Source: Chlorobiota bacterium (GTDB lineage Bacteria > Bacteroidota > Ignavibacteria > Kapaibacteriales > UBA2268). From it: a stretch of DNA of 64,000 bases. The notes below the pieces were generated by a model. That model saw only the letters and a list, made by a program, of their open reading frames with translations, was not told the origin of the DNA and made no database searches. Where the stretch lies: the NCBI GenBank assembly GCA_041596515.1, contig JBFHIJ010000007.1:17626-81625 (forward strand). Reading direction: 5' to 3'. Below, one piece after another: positions 27,832 through 36,268 of the stretch; within the stretch, counting starts at the first letter, position 1; the number at the start of each line of letters is the position of its first letter. The translations under genes and the position numbers were made by a program.

Positions 27832-28629
27832 ATGGGTATATCTAACACAAGTAAAAACAAGGCCGCAAAAGTTTATTATTTTTTAATTCCGGCTATACTT
27901 GTATCTCTACTTATAATCTCATTGCAGTTAATAGCACTTGCTGACGAAAGAGTCGAAATAAACTCTGAGTTAGTAGATAGCAGGGATGTCATCAGCAACG
28001 ATGAAATATTACATCAGATAGACATCAGTAACGAACTTATTTACGACACGACAGGCATAGCTTCTCACTATGCTAAAAGATTTCACAAAAGGAAGACGGC
28101 TAATGGCGAAAGATTTAATATGTTTAAATTATCTGCTGCCCACAGAAATTTGCCATTTGGAACTATACTAAGAGTTACTAACTTAGAAACAAACAAAAAG
28201 GTACTTGTTAGAATAAATGACCGAGGCCCATTTGTCAGAAAAAGAATTTTAGATTTATCTTACGAATCAGCTAAATCTATAGAAGGCATGGGACTTCCTA
28301 AAGTAAAACTAGAAGGTTTTATTGATAAAAGATTTAAGATTAGAGACATTAAAGATTCTAGTCAAAATTATTATTATGCTTATTCTTACAACAAAGATTT
28401 GATGTGTATACCTGAGAATTTTGTTACCATCAGCGATACACTCAACAATTTTAATCAAGCAGTGGAAAAATATGACCAATTAGATGACGAAGACACTTTC
28501 TTATTTGTTCATGCAGGTAAAAAAGTAAAAAGACAAACTCGTAAATCTGATTCAATATACTTTATCGGTAAAATCGATAAAACAAAATTAGAGCAATTCA
28601 AACAAGAAATATTGATTGCCGGAATATAG
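27832..28629 (+). CDS. rlpA: RlpA-like septal ring lytic transglycosylase (DPBB domain) protein
   Basis: 265 aa with an N-terminal TM/signal anchor. The DPBB core is [60 protein letters not shown]. Confidence 0.85.
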   Translation: MGISNTSKNKAAKVYYFLIPAILVSLLIISLQLIALADERVEINSELVDSRDVISNDEILHQIDISNELIYDTTGIASHYAKRFHKRKTANGERFNMFKLSAAHRNLPFGTILRVTNLETNKKVLVRINDRGPFVRKRILDLSYESAKSIEGMGLPKVKLEGFIDKRFKIRDIKDSSQNYYYAYSYNKDLMCIPENFVTISDTLNNFNQAVEKYDQLDDEDTFLFVHAGKKVKRQTRKSDSIYFIGKIDKTKLEQFKQEILIAGI

Positions 28630-28630
28630 C

Positions 28631-28662
28631 AAAAGAGAGGCATTGTATGTCTCTCTTTTTTC
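28631..28662 (+). terminator. intrinsic terminator after rlpA-like gene
   Basis: Stem agagaggcat / atgtctctct (one G-U pair) with loop tgt, followed by T6. Confidence 0.65.
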
Positions 28663-28808
28663 TTATATTTGTGTATCCATTTTTATTGCCTTAGTATTAA
28701 TTTGTAATAAGTGGTTTATACTTGACTTAAAATCTTTTGTTCACATCCAAAGCTTTATTATCTTAGTAGTAATTGCAAAATCTATATTTAATATTAGGAG
28801 TTATTAAA

Positions 28809-30308
28809 GTGCGTAAATATCTTATTTATTTGCTCGTTCTTTTTGGTGGTGCTATCCTTACACAAAGTTTCCAATGTGCTTCCATGAATGTTTCTTCTGC
28901 AAAAAACCAAATTAAGCAAAAGAATTATACTAAAGCCATTGAGCTCTTGAACAAAGAGTTGAAGGTCAATCCAACCAGCGAAGCTGCTTTGGATTTGCTA
29001 TACGAGGTTTATGACAAGACTAATCAAACTGAAAAACAACTTGACATTTTAGGTAAATGGGAAAAAGCAGCTAAAGAACCAAAAGATCAACAACAAGTAT
29101 CACTGAAAAGATATCAACTTTGGGCTAAATGCTATTCCTCTACTATTAGCTATTATAATAAGGGCATTCAAGATAAGAAGTATTTAGATTCTGCTCTTTA
29201 CTTCTCTGATATGGGAATCAAAACAAAGCCTAATAGCACTTTGCTGTATCCTATAAAAGGTACTATTTTAGAAAATATGAATAAACAAACTGAAGCTTTG
29301 AAAGTCTTTAAAGATTATGTAGAGCTTATTTCACCAAGATTAGACATCATGTCTTCTAAAAAATTATATATCGGTACTGAAAGATCCGAAATAATTAGTA
29401 CTTTAGGTCAGCCAAAAGATACTAAAACTACTTTAAAACCAGGAAGTCAAGATTCTATAATAGTTGACGTTTTTGAAATTAATGGTAAAGAAGCATACCT
29501 TGGATTTGAAAAGAAATTTATGGACGATAAAGCATCCTTTTTCTCTTTTAAATACGACATGCCTGAAAATTGGTTAGAGCAAGAAAAATATGCAGCTGAG
29601 GAATTTGATATTTCTCCGTTAAGCAGATTAGCTGATATTAGTTTTAAAAGTGAAAATTTTGATGACGCAATTAAATATGCCCAAATGATGCAAAAAACAA
29701 ATCCGAATGATGCTCAACTTAATAAATTTATCATCGCATGCTACCAAAGAGCAGGCAAAATTGACCAAGCTCTCGAAAAAATGAAATCTAGGATACAAGA
29801 AGATCCACAAGATTATCAAACAAGAACTCAATATGCTGATTTATTAGCTAACGAACAAAAAACTGAAGAAGCTATCTATCAATATAAACAAGCCCTCGCT
29901 GTTGAACCATCTTATGCGTTTGCTTTGAGAAACCTTGCCTCTTCATATAAAAATCTTGCTTCAAATCTTCAGAAGAAAGAAAATGAAAAGTACGATCAAG
30001 ATTCAAAATATGAAAGAGATTTTACTGAAGTAAAAGAAGTGTTGACTCAATCCGCTGAGTCTTTTGAAGCTGCTTTAAATACTAAAGAGTTTAAAGGTGA
30101 TCCTATCATAATAGCTGAATTAGTAAACATATATGACTACCAAGACAATAAAGCTAAACTCAAAGAATACTTGACTCAGCTGGAAGCTTTAGAAAGTACA
30201 ATTACTGATGAAGCTGATAAACAAGCGTATTATTTGCAATTGGTAAGAATTTATAGTAATCTTAAAGAAACAGAAAAACTAAAAGCTATACAGGCAAAAA
30301 TAAAATAA
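28809..30308 (+). CDS. secreted TPR-repeat protein
   Basis: I prefer the in-frame GTG at 28809 (VRKYLIYLLVLFGGAIL, a signal peptide), which follows aggag at 28795..28799, over the track start at 28773. Multiple TPR-like helical repeats are present (e.g. YQYKQALAVEPSYAFALRNLASSY). Confidence 0.7.
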   Translation: MRKYLIYLLVLFGGAILTQSFQCASMNVSSAKNQIKQKNYTKAIELLNKELKVNPTSEAALDLLYEVYDKTNQTEKQLDILGKWEKAAKEPKDQQQVSLKRYQLWAKCYSSTISYYNKGIQDKKYLDSALYFSDMGIKTKPNSTLLYPIKGTILENMNKQTEALKVFKDYVELISPRLDIMSSKKLYIGTERSEIISTLGQPKDTKTTLKPGSQDSIIVDVFEINGKEAYLGFEKKFMDDKASFFSFKYDMPENWLEQEKYAAEEFDISPLSRLADISFKSENFDDAIKYAQMMQKTNPNDAQLNKFIIACYQRAGKIDQALEKMKSRIQEDPQDYQTRTQYADLLANEQKTEEAIYQYKQALAVEPSYAFALRNLASSYKNLASNLQKKENEKYDQDSKYERDFTEVKEVLTQSAESFEAALNTKEFKGDPIIIAELVNIYDYQDNKAKLKEYLTQLEALESTITDEADKQAYYLQLVRIYSNLKETEKLKAIQAKIK

Positions 30309-30346
30309 TTTGTTTTTTGTTAATCACAAACTAAAAGAGAAATGAC

Positions 30347-30679
30347 ATGGCAGACAAAAAGAACAGCCCGGAACAAAAAGGTCAACAAATCAATATCGAG
30401 CTAAGCGGACCTGAAGCACAAGGAATTTATTCTAACTTAGCAATAATTTCACATTCAAATGCTGAATTTGTTATAGATTTTACTCGTATTTTACCGGGTG
30501 TACCTACTGCAAAAGTTCACTCCAGAATCATCATGACTCCGCAGCATGCCAAAATGATGTTTAAAGCTTTGGGTGAAAATCTTGCTAAATACGAAGGAGT
30601 TCACGGCGAAATAAAAGCAGACACTCCAAAAGTTGAAGATTTACCCGAATTTTCAGGTAAAACATCAAAAGTAAATTAG
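30347..30679 (+). CDS. DUF3467 family protein
   Basis: 110 aa. GIYSNLAIISHSNAEFVIDFTRILPG...AKVHSRIIMTPQHAKMMFKAL matches the DUF3467 pattern as I recall it. Confidence 0.6.
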   Translation: MADKKNSPEQKGQQINIELSGPEAQGIYSNLAIISHSNAEFVIDFTRILPGVPTAKVHSRIIMTPQHAKMMFKALGENLAKYEGVHGEIKADTPKVEDLPEFSGKTSKVN

Positions 30680-30709
30680 TTTGAAAATTTATTAAATTTT
30701 CTTACGTTA

Positions 30710-30738
30710 CAAGGGGCATACAATGCCCCTTTTTTTAT
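30710..30738 (+). terminator. intrinsic terminator
   Basis: Stem aaggggcat / atgcccctt with loop aca, followed by T7. Confidence 0.75.
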
Positions 30739-30753
30739 TTATTCGAGATTAGT

Positions 30754-32472
30754 ATGTTTGCAGGAAATTATGTTCTTATTTTGCATACCCACCTTCCCTG
30801 GGTATTGAATCACGGGAATTGGCCTCACGGAGAAGATTGGATAACGGAGGCAGTTGCCGAATGCTACATCCCTCTGCTTAACGTTTTCAATGATTTAATT
30901 GCTAAGGGCATATTACCAAAAGTAACTCTTGATATTTCACCGGTTCTATGCGAACAGCTTGAACACCCGGATTTTAAAAACAAGTTTATCAAATATTGTG
31001 ACGAAAAAATTGCGGATGCCAAAAAAGACAATCAAGATTTCAAATCATGGGGTTATGATCCTCATCATATCTATTTGAGTGAATACTGGCAAAACTGGTA
31101 CTCTGAAAGAAAACATGATTTTATCTCCAAATACAATGCATCTATAGTAAAATCACTAAAAACTTTACAAGATGATGGTGCTATAGAAATTATGACTTGT
31201 GGGGCTACTCATGGATACTTTCCTCTTCTTGCAACTGAAGAAAGCATTCATCTGCAGGTGAAACTTGCTGTAGAAAATTACAGAAAGCATTTTGGAAGAG
31301 AACCACGTGGTATATGGCTACCAGAATGTGCATATCGTCCGAGCTACGAATGGAAATCTTTTATACCTGTGGCTCCTTATAATGAGAATAGACTTAGGCC
31401 AGGTGTTGAAAATATCATTTCACAGTACGGTATCAAATATTTTGTCACAGATCAGAAGTTATTAGAAGACTCTTACCCGGTGGGTAAGTATTTAGATGAT
31501 CAAAACGAACATTTTATTTCTATCGACGACGAAGGTTTCCAGCATACTCCGTGGAGTTTTGACAGAGATCCTTTAAGAGTGTATGAAGTTAGTTCATCAG
31601 ATGAAGTACAATATGGAACAGCTGCCATTTTCACAAGGCATAGAGATATATCTATGCAGGTATGGAGTGGAGAAGTAGGCTATCCCGGTCAGCCCGACTA
31701 TTTAGATTTCCATAAAAAACAGTTAGGCTCCATGCTTAGGTACTGGCGAGTTACAGATAGTAAAGCTGATATGATGTACAAACAACTGTACCATCCTGAC
31801 TGGACTGCTGAAAAAGTAGACTTACAAGCAAATCACTTTATCCATCATATAGAAAACACTCTGAACTTTTTTAAAAATAAGACCGGAATAGAAGGTGCTG
31901 TTTGCACTCCTTTTGATACAGAGCTGTTTGGTCATTGGTGGTTCGAAGGACCCGAGTTTTTAAGACATGTTTTAGAAGGGATATCTAAATCACCTTATGT
32001 AAATACTGCTACTGCTCACGAACAGTATATAAAAGAAAATGCAAAAGATGTTATTCACTTACCCGAAGGTTCTTGGGGTGAAAACAACACCCACGAAGTG
32101 TGGATGAATAAAGATACCAAATGGACTTGGGAGCAAATTTACAACAGTGAACTACGCTTCTCTAATTTGATTTCTAACTTAGAGATTGATGCTCTAAATA
32201 AATTAGAAGAAAGAATATTGAAACAAGCCCTAAGAGAATTATTACTTATGCAAGCAAGTGACTGGCAGTTCCTGATTCACACTAAAAGTGCTACCGATTA
32301 CGCAGAGCAAAGATTTTTCTATCATAATTCTGATTTCAATAAATTGTGTTCGCTATTTGAGGAGTTTAAAAGTAGCAAAACTCTCTCTCCTACTGAACTT
32401 TCTTACCTGCTAAATGTAGAAAATAGAAATTCATTATTTGAAGAGCTCAATCTAAAATGGTGGACTAAATAA
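30754..32472 (+). CDS. GH57-family 1,4-alpha-glucan branching enzyme-like protein
   Basis: 572 aa. The N-terminus LILHTHLPWV...GNWPHGEDWITEAVAECYIPLL and later motifs (TCGATHGYFPLL, WLPECAY, FDTELFGHWW) are typical of GH57 branching enzymes with a DUF1957 C-terminal domain. Confidence 0.8.
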   Translation: MFAGNYVLILHTHLPWVLNHGNWPHGEDWITEAVAECYIPLLNVFNDLIAKGILPKVTLDISPVLCEQLEHPDFKNKFIKYCDEKIADAKKDNQDFKSWGYDPHHIYLSEYWQNWYSERKHDFISKYNASIVKSLKTLQDDGAIEIMTCGATHGYFPLLATEESIHLQVKLAVENYRKHFGREPRGIWLPECAYRPSYEWKSFIPVAPYNENRLRPGVENIISQYGIKYFVTDQKLLEDSYPVGKYLDDQNEHFISIDDEGFQHTPWSFDRDPLRVYEVSSSDEVQYGTAAIFTRHRDISMQVWSGEVGYPGQPDYLDFHKKQLGSMLRYWRVTDSKADMMYKQLYHPDWTAEKVDLQANHFIHHIENTLNFFKNKTGIEGAVCTPFDTELFGHWWFEGPEFLRHVLEGISKSPYVNTATAHEQYIKENAKDVIHLPEGSWGENNTHEVWMNKDTKWTWEQIYNSELRFSNLISNLEIDALNKLEERILKQALRELLLMQASDWQFLIHTKSATDYAEQRFFYHNSDFNKLCSLFEEFKSSKTLSPTELSYLLNVENRNSLFEELNLKWWTK

Positions 32473-32480
32473 TATTTATT

Positions 32481-32488
32481 TAAATTTG
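32481..32488 (+). promoter_or_regulatory. candidate -7 box TAAATTTG upstream of flippase-glf pair
   Basis: TAnnTTTG match 33 nt before the ATG at 32521. Confidence 0.3.
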
Positions 32489-32520
32489 CCATTGCTCTTT
32501 TTGACAATTTTTGGAATCTA

Positions 32521-33936
32521 ATGGTATCCTCTCATAAAATTTTAAAAAACATACTCTCTTTGTCTGTAGCTGAGGCTGCAAGCAAAGGGATTATGTTTAT
32601 TACTACAGCATACTTAGCAAGGACACTGCTTGATAATAACTTTGGTATTATTGGCTTTTCTAACAGTGTAATTGTCTATTTCTTGATGATTGTAAACCTC
32701 GGATTTAATACACTTGGCACTCGTGAGGTAGCAAGTTCTAAAACTGAAACAGAAAGAAATCGCCTTGTTAATGGAATTTTGACAATAAGAACCCTATTGT
32801 CATTTTTTGCGGCTGTATGTGTTTTCATATTCCCGTTTTTACTTGATAAACCTGATGTTTATAAATATGCAATTTGGGCAACAGGCTTGACATTATTTTC
32901 TCAGGCAACTATGCTTGATTGGTATTATCAGGGCATAGAGAAGATGGAAGTCCTCGCTATCAGGCAGCTTGTTACCGGGCTGGTAAATTTAACCGGAGTA
33001 ATGTTATTAGTTCATAGCCCTGATGATGTGATAATAGCACTTTTGATAAATAGCACAGCGGCATTGGTTAATGCTGTTTGGATGATATTATATTATACAA
33101 AAACCACAGGTAAAATTAAGATTTCTTTTGATATCCCGCTTTGGAAGAAACTCATTAAGCCGGCTCTACCTATCACTTTCTCAAATTTTTTTGTCACATT
33201 GCTCAATACTTTCAATATTCTGATATTAGGTATTTACTTTACTGATGCTTCACTTGCCGGACAGTACAACGCAGCTTTTAAAATAATGGTGTTTGCTATA
33301 TTGCCTACAGCAATTATACAAGGTGCATTTTTTCCTGTTCTTTCTAAGTCTTACGGTACAGTAGATTTTATAAGAGTTGCTAAAAAGTATTCGGTACTGA
33401 TTTTTATTACAGGTGCTATAGTCTCTGCAGGTTTTTATACTTTTGCTGATTTTATAATTTTAACTGCATTTTCCGCGGAGTATACCCTAGCTATTGACAT
33501 CATGAAGATATTGATGCTGACTTCTTTCATAGTCTACGTCAACACTTCTCTGTCTCCCCAGCTTATTGCAATTAAAAAGGAGAAATCTATGATGTACGCT
33601 ATGGGTATTGGGGCTATCATCAGTGTAGTGCTTAATATAATATTAATTCCAAAATATGGTGCGATTGGTGCCGCTTGGGTAACCGTTCTATCCGAATTAA
33701 CGTTACTTATTGGTTTATCTATTGCATATTATGTAGCTATAAAGAAAATATTTCTATTAGATATGTTAAAAGCATTGGCTTTAGCTGTCATATCCTCTTA
33801 TTTAGGATATTTCTTAAACACCTATGGAATGCATGAGATAATAGCAGGAATAATCAGTTTTGTTATTTTTCTTGGCTTAAATATCTTAACAAAAACATTT
33901 ACTATTGCTGAAGTAAAAGGATATTTTATAAAATGA
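32521..33936 (+). CDS. polysaccharide/oligosaccharide flippase (Wzx-like, MOP superfamily)
   Basis: 471 aa with about 12-14 TM helices. N-terminal LSVAEAASKGIMFITTAYLARTL is the typical flippase start. It overlaps glf by 4 nt (ATGA). Confidence 0.8.
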   Translation: MVSSHKILKNILSLSVAEAASKGIMFITTAYLARTLLDNNFGIIGFSNSVIVYFLMIVNLGFNTLGTREVASSKTETERNRLVNGILTIRTLLSFFAAVCVFIFPFLLDKPDVYKYAIWATGLTLFSQATMLDWYYQGIEKMEVLAIRQLVTGLVNLTGVMLLVHSPDDVIIALLINSTAALVNAVWMILYYTKTTGKIKISFDIPLWKKLIKPALPITFSNFFVTLLNTFNILILGIYFTDASLAGQYNAAFKIMVFAILPTAIIQGAFFPVLSKSYGTVDFIRVAKKYSVLIFITGAIVSAGFYTFADFIILTAFSAEYTLAIDIMKILMLTSFIVYVNTSLSPQLIAIKKEKSMMYAMGIGAIISVVLNIILIPKYGAIGAAWVTVLSELTLLIGLSIAYYVAIKKIFLLDMLKALALAVISSYLGYFLNTYGMHEIIAGIISFVIFLGLNILTKTFTIAEVKGYFIK

Positions 33937-35051
33937 AATTTGATTACTTAATCGTTGGAGCCGGTTTTGCTGGCAGTGTTCTTGCAGAAAGACTAGCTAC
34001 TAAGTTAGATAAAAAAGTTTTAGTTGTAGACAAAAGATTCCACATCGGCGGTAATTGTTATGATTATCCCAATGAACATGGAATTTTAATTCACAAATAT
34101 GGTCCTCATATTTTCCATACTCAATCCAAAAAAGTATGGGACTATCTATCTGAGTTTACAGAATGGTACCCTTATTACCACCAAGTACTAGCTGACGTAG
34201 AAGGTACTAAAGTGCCTGTTCCGTTCAATTTTAATTCTATATATTCTGTTTTTCCCAATAACTATGCATCTAAACTTGAAAATCTTCTTTTAGACAAATA
34301 TGGATATGGCATTAAAGTTCCTATTCTAAAATTGATGGGAAATGAGAATAAAGACTTAAAATTCCTTGCAGACTATATATATAAGCATGTCTTTGTGGGC
34401 TATACTATGAAACAATGGGGGCTTAAACCTGAAGAAATTGACTTTAGTGTTACAGCGAGAGTACCTGTATACACTAGCAGAGACAACAGATACTTCCAAG
34501 ATGCCTATCAAGGCATACCTCGCCATGGATATACTAAGATATTTGAATCTATGCTTAGACATCCAAATATTCATATTCTACTAAAAACGGATTATAAAGA
34601 CATTTTAGAAGATATTAAATTCGATAAATTGATTTATACAGGTGCACTTGATAATTTCTTTGACAAATTGCACGGAGAGCTTCCTTATCGTTCTCTAAAT
34701 TTTGATTTGCAGACTTATGAAACAGGAAAATTCCAAGAAGTTGCCCAAGTAAATTATCCTAACACACAAGATTATACAAGAATCACTGAATTTGCTCATT
34801 TCTTGCCACCTAAGAGCTCTAAAACAACTGTTGCTTATGAGTATCCAACTCAGTATAAAGAAGGCTTAAACGACCCATACTACCCTATTCCGAATGAAGA
34901 AAATCATAAACGCTTCGAACTATATAAAAAAGAAGCAGAAAAACTTAAAAATACATTCTTTGTTGGTAGATTAGCTGAATATAAATATTATAATATGGAT
35001 CAAATCGTCGGAGTCGCACTGATGGAGTTTGAGAAGAATCATTCACACTAA
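33933..35051 (+). CDS. glf: UDP-galactopyranose mutase
   Basis: 372 aa with the FAD fingerprint FDYLIVGAGFAGSVLAERLA, plus GGNCYD, HKYGPHIFHT and GRLAEYKYYNMDQ. Confidence 0.92.
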   Translation: MKFDYLIVGAGFAGSVLAERLATKLDKKVLVVDKRFHIGGNCYDYPNEHGILIHKYGPHIFHTQSKKVWDYLSEFTEWYPYYHQVLADVEGTKVPVPFNFNSIYSVFPNNYASKLENLLLDKYGYGIKVPILKLMGNENKDLKFLADYIYKHVFVGYTMKQWGLKPEEIDFSVTARVPVYTSRDNRYFQDAYQGIPRHGYTKIFESMLRHPNIHILLKTDYKDILEDIKFDKLIYTGALDNFFDKLHGELPYRSLNFDLQTYETGKFQEVAQVNYPNTQDYTRITEFAHFLPPKSSKTTVAYEYPTQYKEGLNDPYYPIPNEENHKRFELYKKEAEKLKNTFFVGRLAEYKYYNMDQIVGVALMEFEKNHSH

Positions 35052-35081
35052 AAAAGGAGGCTAAATCAGCCTCCTTTTTTA
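35051..35081. terminator. bidirectional intrinsic terminator after glf
   Basis: A5 - aggaggct / agcctcct - T6. Confidence 0.75.
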
Positions 35082-35120
35082 CAAATTCTTTCATACATAT
35101 ATGTATTTTAGTTTTACTAT

Positions 35121-35531
35121 TTATCTATCAATTTGTGTGATATTAATAGTAATTGGAGACAAACTAATTAATTCTTCTCTTTTAATACCATTAATAGTAA
35201 CCACACAAAGATAATCTCCCGAATCTACAAGATTACCTTCATCATTGTCTCTATCCCATATCAAACTCAATTTTCCTGACTTAGCATTACCGTTAAATAA
35301 AACTTTAACTTGCTGGCCGTCTTTAGATTGTATTGATACATTAACTTTGGACTCTTTTGTTAAAGTCTGCGAAATCTGATAATAATAATTCGATTCAGAA
35401 TGCAAAGAGTAGCTTGGTGCACTTGGCATATCCATCACTTTTTTGACTGACAAATCTACAGAAATATTGTTTTGAGCAAAAACTGTAGAAAAGGACAAAA
35501 GAGAATATATAAGCAAGATTAAATATTTCAT
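35121..35531 (-). CDS. small secreted protein with FlgD-Ig-like beta-sandwich segment (tentative)
   Basis: Start trimmed to the ATG at 35531 (MKYLILLIYSLLSFSTVFAQ, a signal peptide). The segment LSLIWDRDNDEGNLVDSGDYLCVV resembles the W.G.D..G..V..G.Y pattern of FlgD-Ig-like domains. Confidence 0.45.
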   Translation of the reverse strand: MKYLILLIYSLLSFSTVFAQNNISVDLSVKKVMDMPSAPSYSLHSESNYYYQISQTLTKESKVNVSIQSKDGQQVKVLFNGNAKSGKLSLIWDRDNDEGNLVDSGDYLCVVTINGIKREELISLSPITINITQIDR

Positions 35532-35581
35532 GTAAACTCCATATATTTTTAGTTGTAACAAATATATAAAGTTCGTATGTA

Positions 35582-35604
35582 AAAAACTTCAGTATTAATA
35601 CTGA
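35582..35604 (-). terminator. possible terminator hairpin after the RsbW-like gene
   Basis: Perfect 16-nt palindrome tcagtattaatactga (35589..35604), followed on the minus strand by agtttttt. Confidence 0.45.
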
Positions 35605-35605
35605 T

Positions 35606-36025
35606 TTATAGTGGTTTATACTTTTTCAGTGTTAAATAGTTCTTTCCATCTAAGTATTTATAGCTAACTAAATCCATTAATTGCTTGACTAAAAAGAGTC
35701 CCAGTCCCCCTATTTCACGTTCTTCTGCATGCACCATCAAGTTTGGACTAACAGCTCCCAAAGGATTAAAAGGCACTGCATCATCAACTATTGTAATTTC
35801 CGTCGCAGAATCATCTATCTTAAAATATATATCAATATCGTGATTAGGTTTATTTTTAAACCCATACGTTACAATATTTGTAAATATTTCTTCTAATACT
35901 AAATTAATATTAAAAAACTGCTCTTTGAAAATAATACCCTTCTCAAGCATTGATTCCATTTCCAAATTTAGCTTTTCTATATCTTTAATGCTACTACTTA
36001 GCTGTATTTTATGTTCTTGAGTCAT
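35606..36025 (-). CDS. anti-sigma-factor-type serine kinase (RsbW/SpoIIAB-like HATPase_c_2)
   Basis: 139 aa. It has an N-box-like LVLEEIFTNIVTYGF, then DDAVPFNP and a G-box GGLGLFLVKQLMD. Size and motif order match RsbW-like kinases. Confidence 0.75.
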   Translation of the reverse strand: MTQEHKIQLSSSIKDIEKLNLEMESMLEKGIIFKEQFFNINLVLEEIFTNIVTYGFKNKPNHDIDIYFKIDDSATEITIVDDAVPFNPLGAVSPNLMVHAEEREIGGLGLFLVKQLMDLVSYKYLDGKNYLTLKKYKPL

Positions 36026-36268
36026 TTGTGAAATATTTATTGTATAAAGTGATTTTACAAAATATAAAATTTGTTCGTTTTAATATCAATATTTTTCTAA
36101 TAAATATATCCCTATCGTTTCAAAAGCTTTTGTGTAGATTTCTTTACTTAATATCTTTCCAAACCAACCAAATAAAGTTATAAACTTAGTGAACATTTAA
36201 CATACAACTTATTTGCTCTTTACCTTCCTTGTGTAAATTGAAACATTACTACTATTATTGGAGGTACA

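Noticed and set aside
28616-28807. 63-aa ORF in the gap between the rlpA-like gene and the TPR gene.
   Set aside because: It starts inside the rlpA-like 3' end, runs through that gene's terminator hairpin, and has an odd hydrophobic composition. It is most likely non-coding spacer.
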